Both the position numbers and the translations under genes were made by a program. A stretch of DNA of 64,000 nt, from assembly GCA_012295275.1 (NCBI GenBank), contig CM022675.1:4650001-4714000 (forward strand). Reading direction: 5' to 3'. The DNA comes from Chrysomallon squamiferum. Lineage: Eukaryota > Animalia > Mollusca. The notes beneath the pieces are model-generated. The model was not told the origin of the DNA. It ran no database searches and worked only from the letters and a program-made list of their open reading frames with translations. Each line of letters opens with the position of its first letter. Positions within the stretch are counted from its first letter, which is position 1. Shown piece by piece: positions 1 through 12,895 of this stretch.

Positions 1-1000
1 AAATCGATATATTTTGACTTTCGTATGATTGATTTATTTTCTGATTCAAGTGCTATTTGAATAAAAAAAAATGGATAAATGGAAAATTTGAAGTCTTATC
101 TTTGTGTTTATTGCATGAGTGTTACTTTGTAGTGTGAAGAAAAAGTTTAATCTCAGTTCATTAGGAAAGCGGCCATTTTGTATGGTTTTTCGAACTAGTA
201 TCACTAACATCGTTCATACACTACTTGTTACGTTCACGAGGTTCTGTCTACAGTTTTCTTTATATAAACAGCCTCGACTAAACAAAAATAAAATATGTTA
301 GCTTCATCTATTTGTTCAGTGTAAAAGGTTTTGTCACCCGAAAGTAGTGGAAAACCTTCATGAAAAATTTCTGTAAAGTCTGTTAACTATTTTCAAGAGA
401 AAATCTCGCTTCAGAAGGGGCCCTTGAAATGTCAGGTTTGCTCAAAATGGCAATTGCAAGAAAAGTGGTCAAAAAAAAAAATTAAACATTAAAAAAGGAT
501 ATCACCACACACAAACACATACATACACAAACACACACACACAAACACAAACACACTCACACAAACACACACATACACACAAACACACACACACAAACAC
601 ACACACAAACACACACACACAAACACACACTCACACAAACACACACATACACACAAACACACAAACACACCCAAACACAAACACAAACACACAGAGTCTC
701 TCTCACACACACACACAAACATACACGCACACAAACACACACAGTCTCTCTCACACATACATATACACACACACATACACACACACGTACACACACGATG
801 TCTTTCTAGAGGTATTGTCGTGTTTATGTGGGTTATATTATTTTACATCTGAACATTCTAAAAGTTGATTTTCAAGAACCTAGGTTTACCACAGCTTTGT
901 TTTTATTTTTCACAAAATAAGTTCAGACCCAAACATTTCTAGCTGCATTCAGTGAAGTCAGACTTTGAGAGTGACGAGCTCTCTAAATGAGGGAAACACA

Positions 1001-1215
1001 ACTGTGAAACTTAGTATAATGTAATATATTAATTTTATTTTAACTGTGAAACTTAGTGTAGTGTAATGTATTAATTTTATTTTAACTGTGAAACTTAGTG
1101 TAATGTAATATATTAATTTTATTTTAACTGTGAAACTTAGTGTAATGTAATATATTAATTTTATTTTAACTGTGAAACTTAGTGTAGTGTAATGTATTAA
1201 TTTTATTTTAACTGT
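1001..1215. repeat. 42-bp minisatellite, 5 copies
   Basis: Unit ACTGTGAAACTTAGTGTAATGTAATATATTAATTTTATTTTA in tandem. Confidence 0.9.
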
Positions 1216-1420
1216 TTTTGTGAGACAACTGTTCTTGATATCTCGCCATCTTTCCATGATTGCTTTTGAGGCTTCACAGACTGGGTCCAATGAATAAACA
1301 GTGTGAAGTTTCAGTTAATTGAACAAACAAACAGCAGAGTTTAACTAAAAGAGTGACTATCATCTCAAACCAGTGTTATCAGTCACATATTTCTCACTGA
1401 TAATATATATTTATTAATAA

Positions 1421-1494
<74 letters not shown>

Positions 1495-3307
1495 TAATGG
1501 CGATGTATTAATGATATTAATAACAATGGGAGGGTAAGAAAGAACAAGAAAGATAAAATGTGACAGTAAGAGATAGGAGAGATTGTGACGACCTCTGTGA
1601 CAACGTCATTATGTAATCGCGTGTGTATGTGTTCTGCTCCATTTGCCAATCTGAGCTATCTTAGACTACGCTGCACTTTATTACGATCCATAAAACTCGC
1701 GGTAAACTCAAGTCAGATTAGTTACACCCGTGCTAAACGTTAAACTGCGTGTTTTACTAGAGACAGCACATAATTATTAAATAAAATATACACTGTAAAC
1801 CTGCCTGATTTTATTTTTGTTTGTGACACACACATACACACCCTGAATTTGAGTGAAACCTTTTTCTTAATTAAACTAATACAAAAAGTGTGGCCTAATC
1901 TACACTGATCTCTACATTAAACAAAAAACACGTTTTGTGTTTAAAATGAAGGAGGTTCACTGATAATATCATAGGATATAACTAAAGAAATAAAGTTCAG
2001 TTCTTATCTCCTTTTTTTTTTTTTTTCTAGTGAGATTTTTCAATTATATTACTTATCGTAAATTTAGTAATAAAACGTGATGAGTACAAAAATGTGACAA
2101 AACACGTTGTTATCTCATTACTACCTGGGAGTAATTTTGTAGTATGGAGAGTGACTGACATCACTAAACATAAACAACACAAGCGACTTTATTTTGTTAT
2201 AAACAATCTTCAAATGAAAATCACAGAACAGACAAACAGAATTTTAAGCTGAAGGAATTTAAAGAATTTATTTGCAGACAAAGATTATTGTTCTTTACCT
2301 GTACGACAAAGAATTTTAAAAATAGATAAACTACTTTACAGGTAGAACTTAGCCAACTGTGAAGATGATCTAAATTGTAGCTGTTTAATTAGTATAAACA
2401 TTCTATACACCAATGCTCGAATTATACAAACTTATTATTAATTATTTTCAAACAAATGTGACAGGTCAAAGTTCTTTTATTAAAAGAGACATTTACTAGA
2501 TTATTAGAACCAGTAATATCCAACACTTCTCGTATTTGTCAGCTTTGCAAACAACTGAAGCAGACACTGGTTTTTAATCTAATATTGTCTGTTCTCTCTG
2601 TAATCTTACGTTGTCGTCCTGAACATTAGCTGCGAACAGATGTTTAAGAAAACAGGCTGGTAATACGTAAATATAGGAAAATAGGCTGAGAATGCGTATT
2701 GATAAAAATAAGCTGGAAATACGTATACGTGAAAACAAGCCGTGAACACGCCTATATAAAAATAATCTGGGAATAGGTATTTAAGTGAATATTAGCTGTG
2801 AACAGCTGGATATGAAAATATGTTGTGAATAGGTGAAAATAAATCGGGAATAGGTGCTGTGTGAAAACAAACTGTATTTATATTTTGTGTGTTTGTTTGT
2901 GTGTGCGTCTAGATGTATGTATATATACATATATGTATGTATTTATCTGTATATGCACGCATGCCTGTATTTGTGAATGTATGTGTGTATGTATGTATGT
3001 AATTCATTGTATTGTACTATTAGTTACATTAGTAAAGCGGACGTATCGTTTCTAATCACAAAGTTACAAACAATGTATTCTGTAATCTAAGTACCCAGTC
3101 ATTGATCAAGATTTACTGTGAAGCGACTAGCTGTATCGGCTAAGGTTCCAGGTGACGGATTCTATACACAGTGGACTGGTGACTTTTGTCTGATTACTCT
3201 GTGTATTATTATCTACTTAGTTGTTGTTTTAGCAAAACTCGGTTTTATATCAACTTGCATAAGAAGTTTCGCATATAAAAATAAAGAGAAGAAAACAAAA
3301 CGAAATA

Positions 3308-6300
3308 ATGAATTTAGTAACTGCAGTGATTATATTAACGATCTACAATCTGGTTACAGGTGCAGAAAGACTAAGTAAGTGTTTTATTTATTTAAATTAA
3401 CTGTACGTTACACTTCAAGTCTTTTCAAATATGTATAAGGGAGGGGGACATAACTTAAAATTTTAAAGTTTATTTAAGTTTTATTTATTGATTAAAAAGT
3501 GATTTTAGAATTATTATTTCTTGTATATGGTGATTATATTTTAAGGTACAAAACCAGACCTTTTTAAAAATCATGTCTATTGAATGCATTTTAATGGATT
3601 TTAACATGAAATGTTCGTACCATATTTAATAATAACAGGAACAACAAAATAAACAACAATAATAAATAGTGATGAAAACAAAATAACTGAACGAACAAAA
3701 CAAAAATAATAATATCAGTAACAACATCAAGAACAACAATAAACACACGACATAAACAAACAACAATAATGATAGTGATTAAATGAAATAACTGCATAGT
3801 GTAACAACAAAAAATAATACAATTTAACTTAGAGTTTCAGTTTAAGATAACATGTCTTAACATACGGTAAAACATTAATTAATAACATAAATTAGCATGT
3901 TTTAACAGTATCTTTTAAAAATAAACTATAAACGAAAAAGTACATAAAATAGCTTAATATAACGTAATTATAACCTGTTATATAAAATAACTAAACATAA
4001 CGTAACATAACTAAAATAATAACATAGCAATATTTCTTATTACAATATGATATAATTTGACTTAAACATGCAATGACATAAAAAAGTAAGTATTTTTAAA
4101 TTTTATCAACATCATGCAACATAAATAATTAAGATAAATATAAATAAATTAACACAGGTCCGTGGTCTGACAGAAAACAAGAAGAAATGTTAGAAGAATA
4201 TTTTACACTGGATAAAAAACAAACTTGGTGGGAGGCAGCGTATTCTGGCTGTGAGGAGGCAGGAGGCAGACTCGTTGTTCATCATTCTGGTTTAGACAAA
4301 AACAAACTTTTTTCTGTAATGGAAGAAAACAAAAGCTATTGGGTAGGAGCTTTTGAGACGTATACACCGTGGATGTGGACTGGTAGGTATAATTTATTTT
4401 TAATATCAATTTAGAAAATAAATAATATTTTAGTGGTAGCTTATCCTCCAGTGCAGATTCTCGCTCAGTTTTCCAGCTGAATCCTCCTTGTTCAAGATAT
4501 TCTGATGTGTGAACTGTTGTTTTTTCTCGTTGCCTTACAAAAAAACAGGAAGCGTTTTTCTGACGTCTCAGCCACAAAGACACATCATGTTGAACATGTC
4601 CACTGACGTCAGCAATGCGTATCTTTTCCAAAACAATCTTTTCTGTGTCTGCGGACACGTCATCAATACGTCTGGCAGTTGTTTTATCTGACAGAGGAAC
4701 TTTAACTACTTCTTTAAGCGCGTCTCTAATCTCTGACACAGCAAGTCCTGTGAAGTCAACTACAAAACGAGTTCGATGTGCAGGGACATATGAAAAATAC
4801 TGCGGAGGACGAAATATAATTTCTATTTACAGAACAAGTGACACAAATAACTTTAACATCATTTTAAACACATTTTAACGGTTTTTAACGGTTTTGAAGT
4901 CAGGTAGATTTAATGTATCTGCCAGTGTGCGACTTTTTCAAATTTGGCTACAAGTTCAGCTACAAAGTGACTAGCTTTGAGAGCTCTCACAGACACCGTT
5001 GTAGTTTTTGTCCTAAAGCCTGCTGTTCCTCCGTGTTTTTTCGCAGGAAAAGAAATTAGTCTGTGTTCTTCCTTTGAAATGACGAATGTTTCGTTTAGAG
5101 ATGGTGTTTAAGCTTCATTCTGACCATGCACTATTGTTAGCCTTTTGTCCACACACCAAGCAAACAGTTAGTGCAGCAGGATTCCAATAAAAGTAAATCG
5201 AAACGAAAGATAACTTTCACTGTGATTTCTTCAGCTCAGCGAGTCTGCTTTCTCTTGACCACCACCCATGTTACTTTCTTATGTCGCATTAGAATTGTGT
5301 CCAGGATCCAGTTTCGAGTCTTCATTTTTTTCTTTTCAAATATTCGTCTATCGCTGTACGTCTCGTCGACGACAGCTCTCAAACACATCACTAATTCTAC
5401 TGTCTTAAGTTAACAACGTCATTATTGCGGCTCTGATGCAGCCTGAAGGTCAGAACATGGAAGAGTATTTAATTACTTCGCCAGTCTCTACACTGCGGAC
5501 ACAACCGTACAAACATGGGTAGTAAATAAATAATATTTGATTTATTTATTTAAATGTCTTTTGTTCATTTTTTGTATTATTTTATTATTCGTTTTTGTTA
5601 TTGTTGTTTTCAGAGACCAATGACAAATTATTCCAGTACGTTGGAGATATCGATGTTGGGAGTTTGAGTAGTAAATACTCAATACAAGACAATGATGCTT
5701 TTAAATGCTTCCAGCAATGTAAACCGAGCAATGGAAAAATTGGTTTACAGGTTGGTTAAATCTTCTCTTCATAAACACTGAATTTAAAACTAAAAGTGTT
5801 AAATATATACTTGTTTTATGTTACCTGAATCATACAAATAATATGTCTATCTATTTATTACTTGTATTATTACTTTTTTATTTTTATTTTTTAATAGGGA
5901 AAGCAGTGTTACTGTAAAATCTCTGACACAGCAAGTCCTGTGAAGTCAACTACAAAACGAGTTCGATGTGCAGGGACATATGAAGAATACTGCGGAGGAC
6001 GAAACACAATTTCTATTTATAGAACAGGTGACACAAATAATTTTAACAATTTTTAAAATATTTCTCTTTTTATATTATTTTGTTAAAATCAGTAGATGAA
6101 GGTGTAAGTTTGAGATTTTGAATAAATAAACAAACGAATGTGTGAATGTATGAACAAACGAATGAATGAATGAACGAATAAAGATTGAATATGCACTGAT
6201 GTAGTGATAATTATAGTAATATATAAATTACTTCATTACAGATCTTCCGTCTTCAGTTCAAATCGACGACAGCGCTGACGGAATCAACCGCTGCGGCTAC

Positions 6301-6427
6301 GTCAAGTTCAATTCTGACAATTTTACAATTGGTTTTCAAAACTGTGACAGCTACAGAGCATATACACTCTATACAGGTAATAGTTTTAACAAAGTTGAAA
6401 TATCTAATAAATAAATAAATAAATAGT

Positions 6428-6500
<73 letters not shown>

Positions 6501-6850
6501 AAGAGCGATGTAATATAAAAAATAACATAAAATGAAATATTCATTCATTATAACATCATATTCAATATGTTGTTTTAGGTTACTGTGATTCTGAAACTTG
6601 TATTTCACGGCAGAGGATGTCATGGAACTATGCAAGCAGACATTTTGACATGTTTAAAGTAAGCAGCAGTACAGTCTCATCACTGCAGAATCTGCTACAA
6701 ACAAATCTTTACTACTGGATTGGACTCCACAGAGATGTCAAACTGCTGTGGATTGATGGTAAATTGTTGTCAGAAATGTGTATACATCTTGTGTTGTGTT
6801 TGTTTGTATTTGTGTGGAAGTATGTGTTTGTGTGGAAGTATGTGTGTTTG

Positions 6851-6905
<55 letters not shown>

Positions 6906-7410
6906 CGCACCACCTTCGGTAATTTTTTTGTTATGATTCTTGTTAATTTTTATTTAATTGCTGGTCATTTATCTACTGAAAGCGACAAAGAATAGATATT
7001 CAGTATTTATTGTTAGTTCTTCCTCTGTGTAAAACAAAATTCTAACACACTTGTTTTAAATCTTGCAGGTAGTGTGGCATCGTTTCAGAAACCAGTTTCA
7101 GAAGGTGATCTTAAAAAAATGGTATGGTTTACTGAAAATAACAAATTATATTACAGTTACAAATCAGACCAAACCAATCCAGCTATTTGTCAGAAATGTA
7201 AGTATAAAACAACACGGTAAAACAAATTGTTATAAAGACGATTTGTTTATTAATTAAAAATAATCACAGACAAATATGTATATCTCTAGGTATGAATGTA
7301 TGTTTGTATGTACATATTTATGTGTATATATATAGCTAACTGTATGTACATGTACAAGTATGTCTGTGTGTGCATGTATGTATATTTGTGAAATAGTAGT
7401 AGTAGTAGTA

Positions 7411-7472
<62 letters not shown>

Positions 7473-9733
7473 GGTAAAAGATGACAAAGTTTTTGATTAA
7501 AAAAAAAGTCTTTTAGAGACAATCTTGTTTTATGTATTTACAGATAATGTAACTACACCAGCAGCAACGTCCACATCAGTGACAACAGCTGCAACTACGC
7601 CAAAATTGTCAACTTCCAAACTTTTCTCCAATCCGTCTTTTTCTTCTGCTTCTAAACCAACAACATCAGGGGAGATAATTCCAACAAAACAATCCACTGA
7701 GACTCAGCATCCATCAAACAAGTCAGGTTAGTTTTAATTTTACTATTTTGTTTTAAGAGTTTTAACTAATTTTATTTGACTACATTTAATTTACTAGATA
7801 TATTTTATTAGTTTTCATTTGTTTATTTATTTATTTACTTGTTTTAGTTTCAGAGATTTAATTTACTAGATCTTATTTACTAGATTTATTTACATCTTTT
7901 ACCAGTTTATTTCCTAGTTTTAATTTACTAGCTGTATTTAGTACTTTTAACTCATTAAATATATTTTATTAATTTTATGACTATTATTTATTTACTAGAT
8001 TTATTTAAATTAATTAAATTTATTTTTCTTTCAGTTTATACCCAGTTTGTCTGTGCCTGATTTATTCTGCTAATCTTATTAAAATTAATTAAATATATTT
8101 TCACTTATAATATTTTTTTTAAAACATTTTTTACTAGCATATTATTTTATTTAATATTTTTCGTAATTTATTTTATATAATTTGGAAAAGGAGTAAATAA
8201 TGCGTTATATTTTTGTTAAAATTAATATATTTCAATAAGTGAAAAAAAAATATATAAATAAATAAATAAATACATCTATACATACATACATACATACATA
8301 AAAACATTTGCATAGTTTTTGTATGATTATTTTCAGCATATGTTGGTGGTGGCGTCACTGCTGTTGTTTTAGTGGTGTTGGTCATTGCTGCCGTCGTAGT
8401 CTGCTCTAGACGGTGAGAATTTGTTGTAATCAGTCATTAAATAAAATTATGAAATTCACGAAGAAGAAAAAACAAAAAAAGAATAGGCTGAAATATGAAA
8501 GAAAAAATAGAGAAGAGAAAAAAAAAAATGAATGATTAAAAGCTAAAAAAAAAAGAAAAGAAAAAAAATCATGTGTTCTTTATCATGTTTGTTAGAAATG
8601 AAGACAAAAAAGAAAAAAGAAAAAATGAAAGAGAAAGAAAAAAGATGAAAGAATGAGAAAGATATCAATGAAAGAAAGAAAAGTATGAAACAAAGTAAAA
8701 GACAGAAAAAATATGAATGAAAGTAAAAAAGAATCTACATATTTCACTGTTTTTCTTCTTAGTTAACGTCAGTTTAATTTGAAATGTAAAATAGTTTTTC
8801 CTTTGAATTATCAGAGTCGTCACGACAGAACCTCGTATAATAAAACTAACTTAGTATTTCACAGTTTAAATTTAAATAATGTCTTCATTTTTCAGAAAAC
8901 GTCGATTTTGTTTCAAAACTCATAAGTTACGAGAATCAAGAATTACATCTAATCAAAGAAACAATGATAATTTACAACGCGGTCACACAAATTCAAGTTT
9001 TGATGTAACAACGACATCGACGTCGGCAGATTATGAATTTGAATCAGAAAATCAAGGAAACCACAGTGTTTACTACAACGTCCCAAGCGGAGTTACAGTC
9101 AACGTGGAAAACAGAAATGATAACTACTACGACATCGCAGATGTTAAAGCTCTTCCCAATAACAGATCTACTGGAGACTACGACACAGCGGATATCAAGA
9201 CAGCTACTACTACAACGTCTGAAGTGGACAATCATCTCTCAGGCAGCCATGACGGAGACTACAACAACACAGACACAACAAATACGACAACTCGTACATC
9301 TAACATCTACAACAACCTTGCTGGGGACGACAACGGTGACTATGACACCTACGATAAGGAAAAGGTAACAACTACGTCTCATGTCTACAGCCAGCTTGGT
9401 TTCGACAAAGACAGCGCCTACGACAGCACAAGCAAAAAAAAAGACGACTATCTGACGCCTACATCCACCTCGATTATTATGAAGACTACAACACCATGGA
9501 CAGAAACCCTGCAACATCAACAACAACATCAGAACCTTATAGTCAGCCATCTTAACCAACCTGACGGTCAAACTACGACATCGCTTGATACTGCTACGTC
9601 GGCTTTACCAGTCCCCAGTCTGTGCAGACATACTGCCTCGTCTAACAATCTAATTCCCACTAGGAAATCAGAAATATTTGATAACGTCCACGACGATTCC
9701 GACAACAACAACAACGTTTCTAAAAGCAGCTGA
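3308..9733 (+). CDS. Receptor copy 1 (ectodomain type X, tail type B): SP-CTLD[WSC nested]-CTLD-S/T stalk-TM-Tyr-rich tail, ~699 aa, 10 exons
   Basis: Exons 3308-3374 (MNLVTAVIILTIYNLVTGAERL), 4158-4382 (TWWEAAYSGCEEAGGRL..YWVG..WMWT), 5614-5750 (FQYVGD..KCFQQC..IGLQ), 5898-6027 (GKQCYC..RCAG..YCGG..ISIY), 6242-6376 (RCGYVK..QNCDSY), 6579-6758 (MSWNYA..YWIGLH..LWID), 7069-7197 (..PAICQK), 7544-7726 (S/T stalk), 8337-8412 (YVGGGVTAVVLVVLVIAAVVVCSRR), 8896-9733 (tail). All introns are GT-AG with compatible phases, and the 2100 nt form one open frame. Confidence 0.85.
4430..5520 (-). mobile_element. Decayed hAT (Buster/Charlie-like) DNA transposon in intron 2 of copy 1; boundaries approximate
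   Basis: Minus-strand translation across stops and frameshifts gives ..SYLSFRFTFIG..CLVCGQKANNSA..KLKHHL*TKHS..ALKASHFVAELVAK..VKVPLSDKTTARRIDDVSAD..YLEQGGFSWK. This follows the motif order of Buster-type (ZBED8/SCAND3-like) transposases. It is absent from intron 2 of the other copies. Confidence 0.8.
4728..4870 (+). pseudogene. Partial duplicate of WSC exon 4 embedded in the hAT remnant
   Basis: Near-identical to ~5918-6058 (ISDTASPVKSTTKRVRCAGTYEKYCGGRN.ISIYRT plus the start of the intron). It lacks the acceptor and the GKQCYCK start. Confidence 0.9.
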
Positions 9734-10008
9734 TCTGTTTATTTTGTTCTGGAAAATTTGTATTGAAAAGAATCTCACTAGTAACTCGATCGATATTTTG
9801 ATGCAAAATTTGTTTCTGCTAGGAAGTGTTTTTTAAAACCTATGGTAACAGGGTCTCAGACCAGAGTTTCTTTTTTTTTTTTTTTTTTTTTTTTTATTTT
9901 TGTTGTTGTTGTTGTTGTAGTTTTATATATTAGCAGTGTTTTATCCTGTATTATTATTATCATTATTATTATCATTATTATTATCATCATCTTCATCATT
10001 ATTCATCA

Positions 10009-10057
<49 letters not shown>

Positions 10058-10408
10058 CATAAACCCTAGTTCAGTGTTTCCTAACAGCTTGTTTTTTGGT
10101 TGTTATTATTTTTTCTTTTTATTATTATTATTTTTTTTTAAATCCGATGTTAATAATGTCTCTTAGTGTTTTTATTGTTTCCATTATTTGTATTATTCTT
10201 TTCACCGTTATATGTTGTGTTTATACTTTATCCCAATATCTAAACGTTCTTTTTGTCAGTGCGATTTATTTTTCATCTTATTCCTGAATTATGTGAAATC
10301 TGTTCTTATACTAATATTTTTAGTATTAATCTGCACTGATGCAAAATTTGTCCCTTGAAGGAAGTGTTTTCTAAAATCCAGGTTAATAGTTACTTTTTTG
10401 TTTTGTTA

Positions 10409-10472
<64 letters not shown>

Positions 10473-12254
10473 TTGTTTTTGTTTATATTGTTGTGTTCTC
10501 TGTTTCGTACTGCAAGTCTGTTTTATACTAACTTTTTAGTATTAATCTAACTTTATTGTCATACAGTAAACCTCGCTACTATTCAAATGGATCATCAGGT
10601 AAATCGATATATTTTGACTTTCGTATGATTGATTTATTCTTTGTTTCAAGTGCTATTTGAATAAAAACTGGATAAATTGAAAATTTCAATTCTTCATTTC
10701 TCGTTTATTGCAGCAGTATTACTTTGTAGTGTGAAGAAAATGTTTTAATTTTATTTGAAATACTTTGAAACATCGGTCATTTTGTATGGTTTTTCGAACT
10801 AGTATCACTAACATCGTTCATACACTACTTGTTATGTTTTCGAGGTTTTGTCTACGAGTTTTCTTCATATAAAGAGCCTCGACCAAACACAAATTAAATA
10901 TCTTTGTTTCATTTCTTTGTCCAGTATAAAAGGTTTTGTCACCCGAAAGAAGTAGAGAAACCTAATGAAAATTTCTGTCGTCTGTAAACAATTTTCGAGA
11001 CGCAATCTCGTTTCAAAACGAGTCTTTGAAGTTACAGATTTTCCAACTACAAATGCAAATCTAAATTTGTTTCTGAAACGAAATGTTTTCTCCGAACTCT
11101 GGAATTTAATATAACTAGGATTCAGACTGAGACTCTATTAGTAAGAAACGAGTCTTTGAAGTGACAGATTTTCCAACTACAAAATGTTTTCTCCGAACTC
11201 TGGAACATAACATGACCAGGATTCAGACTGAGACTCTATTAGTAAGAAACGAGTCTTTGAAGTTACAGATTTCCTCAAAACAGCAACTGTGTGGAAACGT
11301 CAAGAAAAGAAATTAAACATAAAAATATTCATAGCTTTTGGACTATTTAACTGATGTCACAACACACACATGTACACACGCACATACACATACACACATA
11401 CACACATTCACACACACACGTCTTTCTAGATGTATATTCATGTTTATTTAAAATTTCTTACTAATAGAGTCTCAGTCTAAATCCTGGTTATGTTATGTTT
11501 CAGAGTTCGGAGAAAACATTTTGTTTCAGAAACAAGTTTGGATTTGCATTTGTAATTGGAGGATTTTATACAAGAATAGTTCTTTAGGCATTGCTAAACA
11601 TTAGAACACAGATTATAGAAATGTGCTGTTGAAAAGTGACGTCACAGATTAACACCAAGAGAAGACCACTGTGATAGCAGTTTTCTTTTGTTTTACATGT
11701 CTACTGCAACAGAGAAATTAATGAATTCAAAGTTAATTTACTTCCCAAAAGATAAACGTGAAAAGTACTTGTCAAAAGAAGCGCTACTGGTGGTGGTGGG
11801 GGGGGTCGAGTGTTTGACATTTCAGTCAACATTTGAACATTTTTAACGTTGATTTTCAAGAACCCAGATTTACATCTTTTTTTCTTTTTACACACAATAA
11901 ATTCAGGTCCATTTCAAGATGTACTAACAAATTCCACTGAATGAAGTCAGTTTCGAAGAGTGAGGAGCTCTCTAAAGGAGAGAAACACAACTCTGAAACT
12001 AAGTTTCATGTAATAATTTTATTTCTGCTGTTTTTCTGAGACAATTGTTCTTGATGGTCATGATACCTTCTGACGCTTACAAGACTGGGCCCATCAGTAA
12101 GTAAACACAGAGGAATCAGTTAGAAACAAACAACAAACTTTAACTAACAGAGTGACTATCATCTCAAACCTCAATTTTATTCACATGTTTCTGACAGATA
12201 ATATATTTATTTGTAAATTAAGAAAATAATAAAAATTATGAAAAAAGAAAATAA

Positions 12255-12285
<31 letters not shown>

Positions 12286-12620
12286 AATAATCATCATCAT
12301 CATCATCATCATCATCATAATAATAATAATAATAATAATAATAAAATGAAAATGACGATGATGCTGATGATGATAACAGTAACAACGTATTAGTAATATT
12401 AATAACAATGGGAGGGGAAAAAGAAAGAACAAGAAAGATAAAAGGTGACAGTAACACACAGGAGATATTATTATGACGTAGGTGACAACCATATTATGTA
12501 ACTGTGTGTGTGTTTTCTCCGCTATTTGTCTGTCTGCGCTATTTTAAGACTGCGCTGCGCATTCTAATGATCGGTAAAACTCGCGATCTTCTCGAAATCA
12601 ATTCGAGTCAAATCAGTTAG

Positions 12621-12895
12621 CACTTACACACATCCTAGCTGTTAAACTGTATGTTTCACTAGAGACAGCACTTACACACATCCTAACTGTTAAACATCCT
12701 AACTGTTAAACTGTATGTTTTAAACTGTATGTTTCACTAGAGACAGCACTTACACACATCCTAACTGTTAAACTGTATGTTTCACTAGAGACAGCACTTA
12801 CACACATCCTAACTGTTAAACTGTATGTTTCACTAGAGACAGCACTTACACACATCCTAACTGTTAAACTGTATGTTTCACTAGAGACAGCACTT
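12621..12895. repeat. 48-bp minisatellite, ~5-6 copies, upstream of copy 2
   Basis: Unit CACTTACACACATCCTAACTGTTAAACTGTATGTTTCACTAGAGACAG. Confidence 0.9.

Noticed and set aside
489-796. Cys/Val-rich, poly-I/L/Y/N, RERE and SLSL ORFs throughout the ORF track
   Set aside because: They are translations of (CA)n, (ATT)n, (CT)n and (TACA)n microsatellites, not genes.
3356-3365. Earlier splice donor ACAG|GTGCAG for exon 1
   Set aside because: Not conserved (GGAGCA in copy 2, CGTGCA in copy 4), whereas the downstream GTAAGT donor is invariant.
4203-4739. 178-aa minus-strand ORF as a functional gene
   Set aside because: It is a chimera of antisense exon sequence and a frameshifted hAT transposase fragment.
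5614-6027. Assignment to known WSC proteins (KREMEN, WSCD1/2, polycystin-1, xylosyltransferase)
   Set aside because: No kringle, CUB, sulfotransferase, PKD/REJ or glycosyltransferase domains are seen, so no gene symbol was given.
8879-9733. Stand-alone single-exon genes from the long ORFs at 8879, 19534 and 55640
   Set aside because: These are terminal exons. The listed starts lie in the intron or inside the exon, and a phase-2 acceptor links each to the TM exon.
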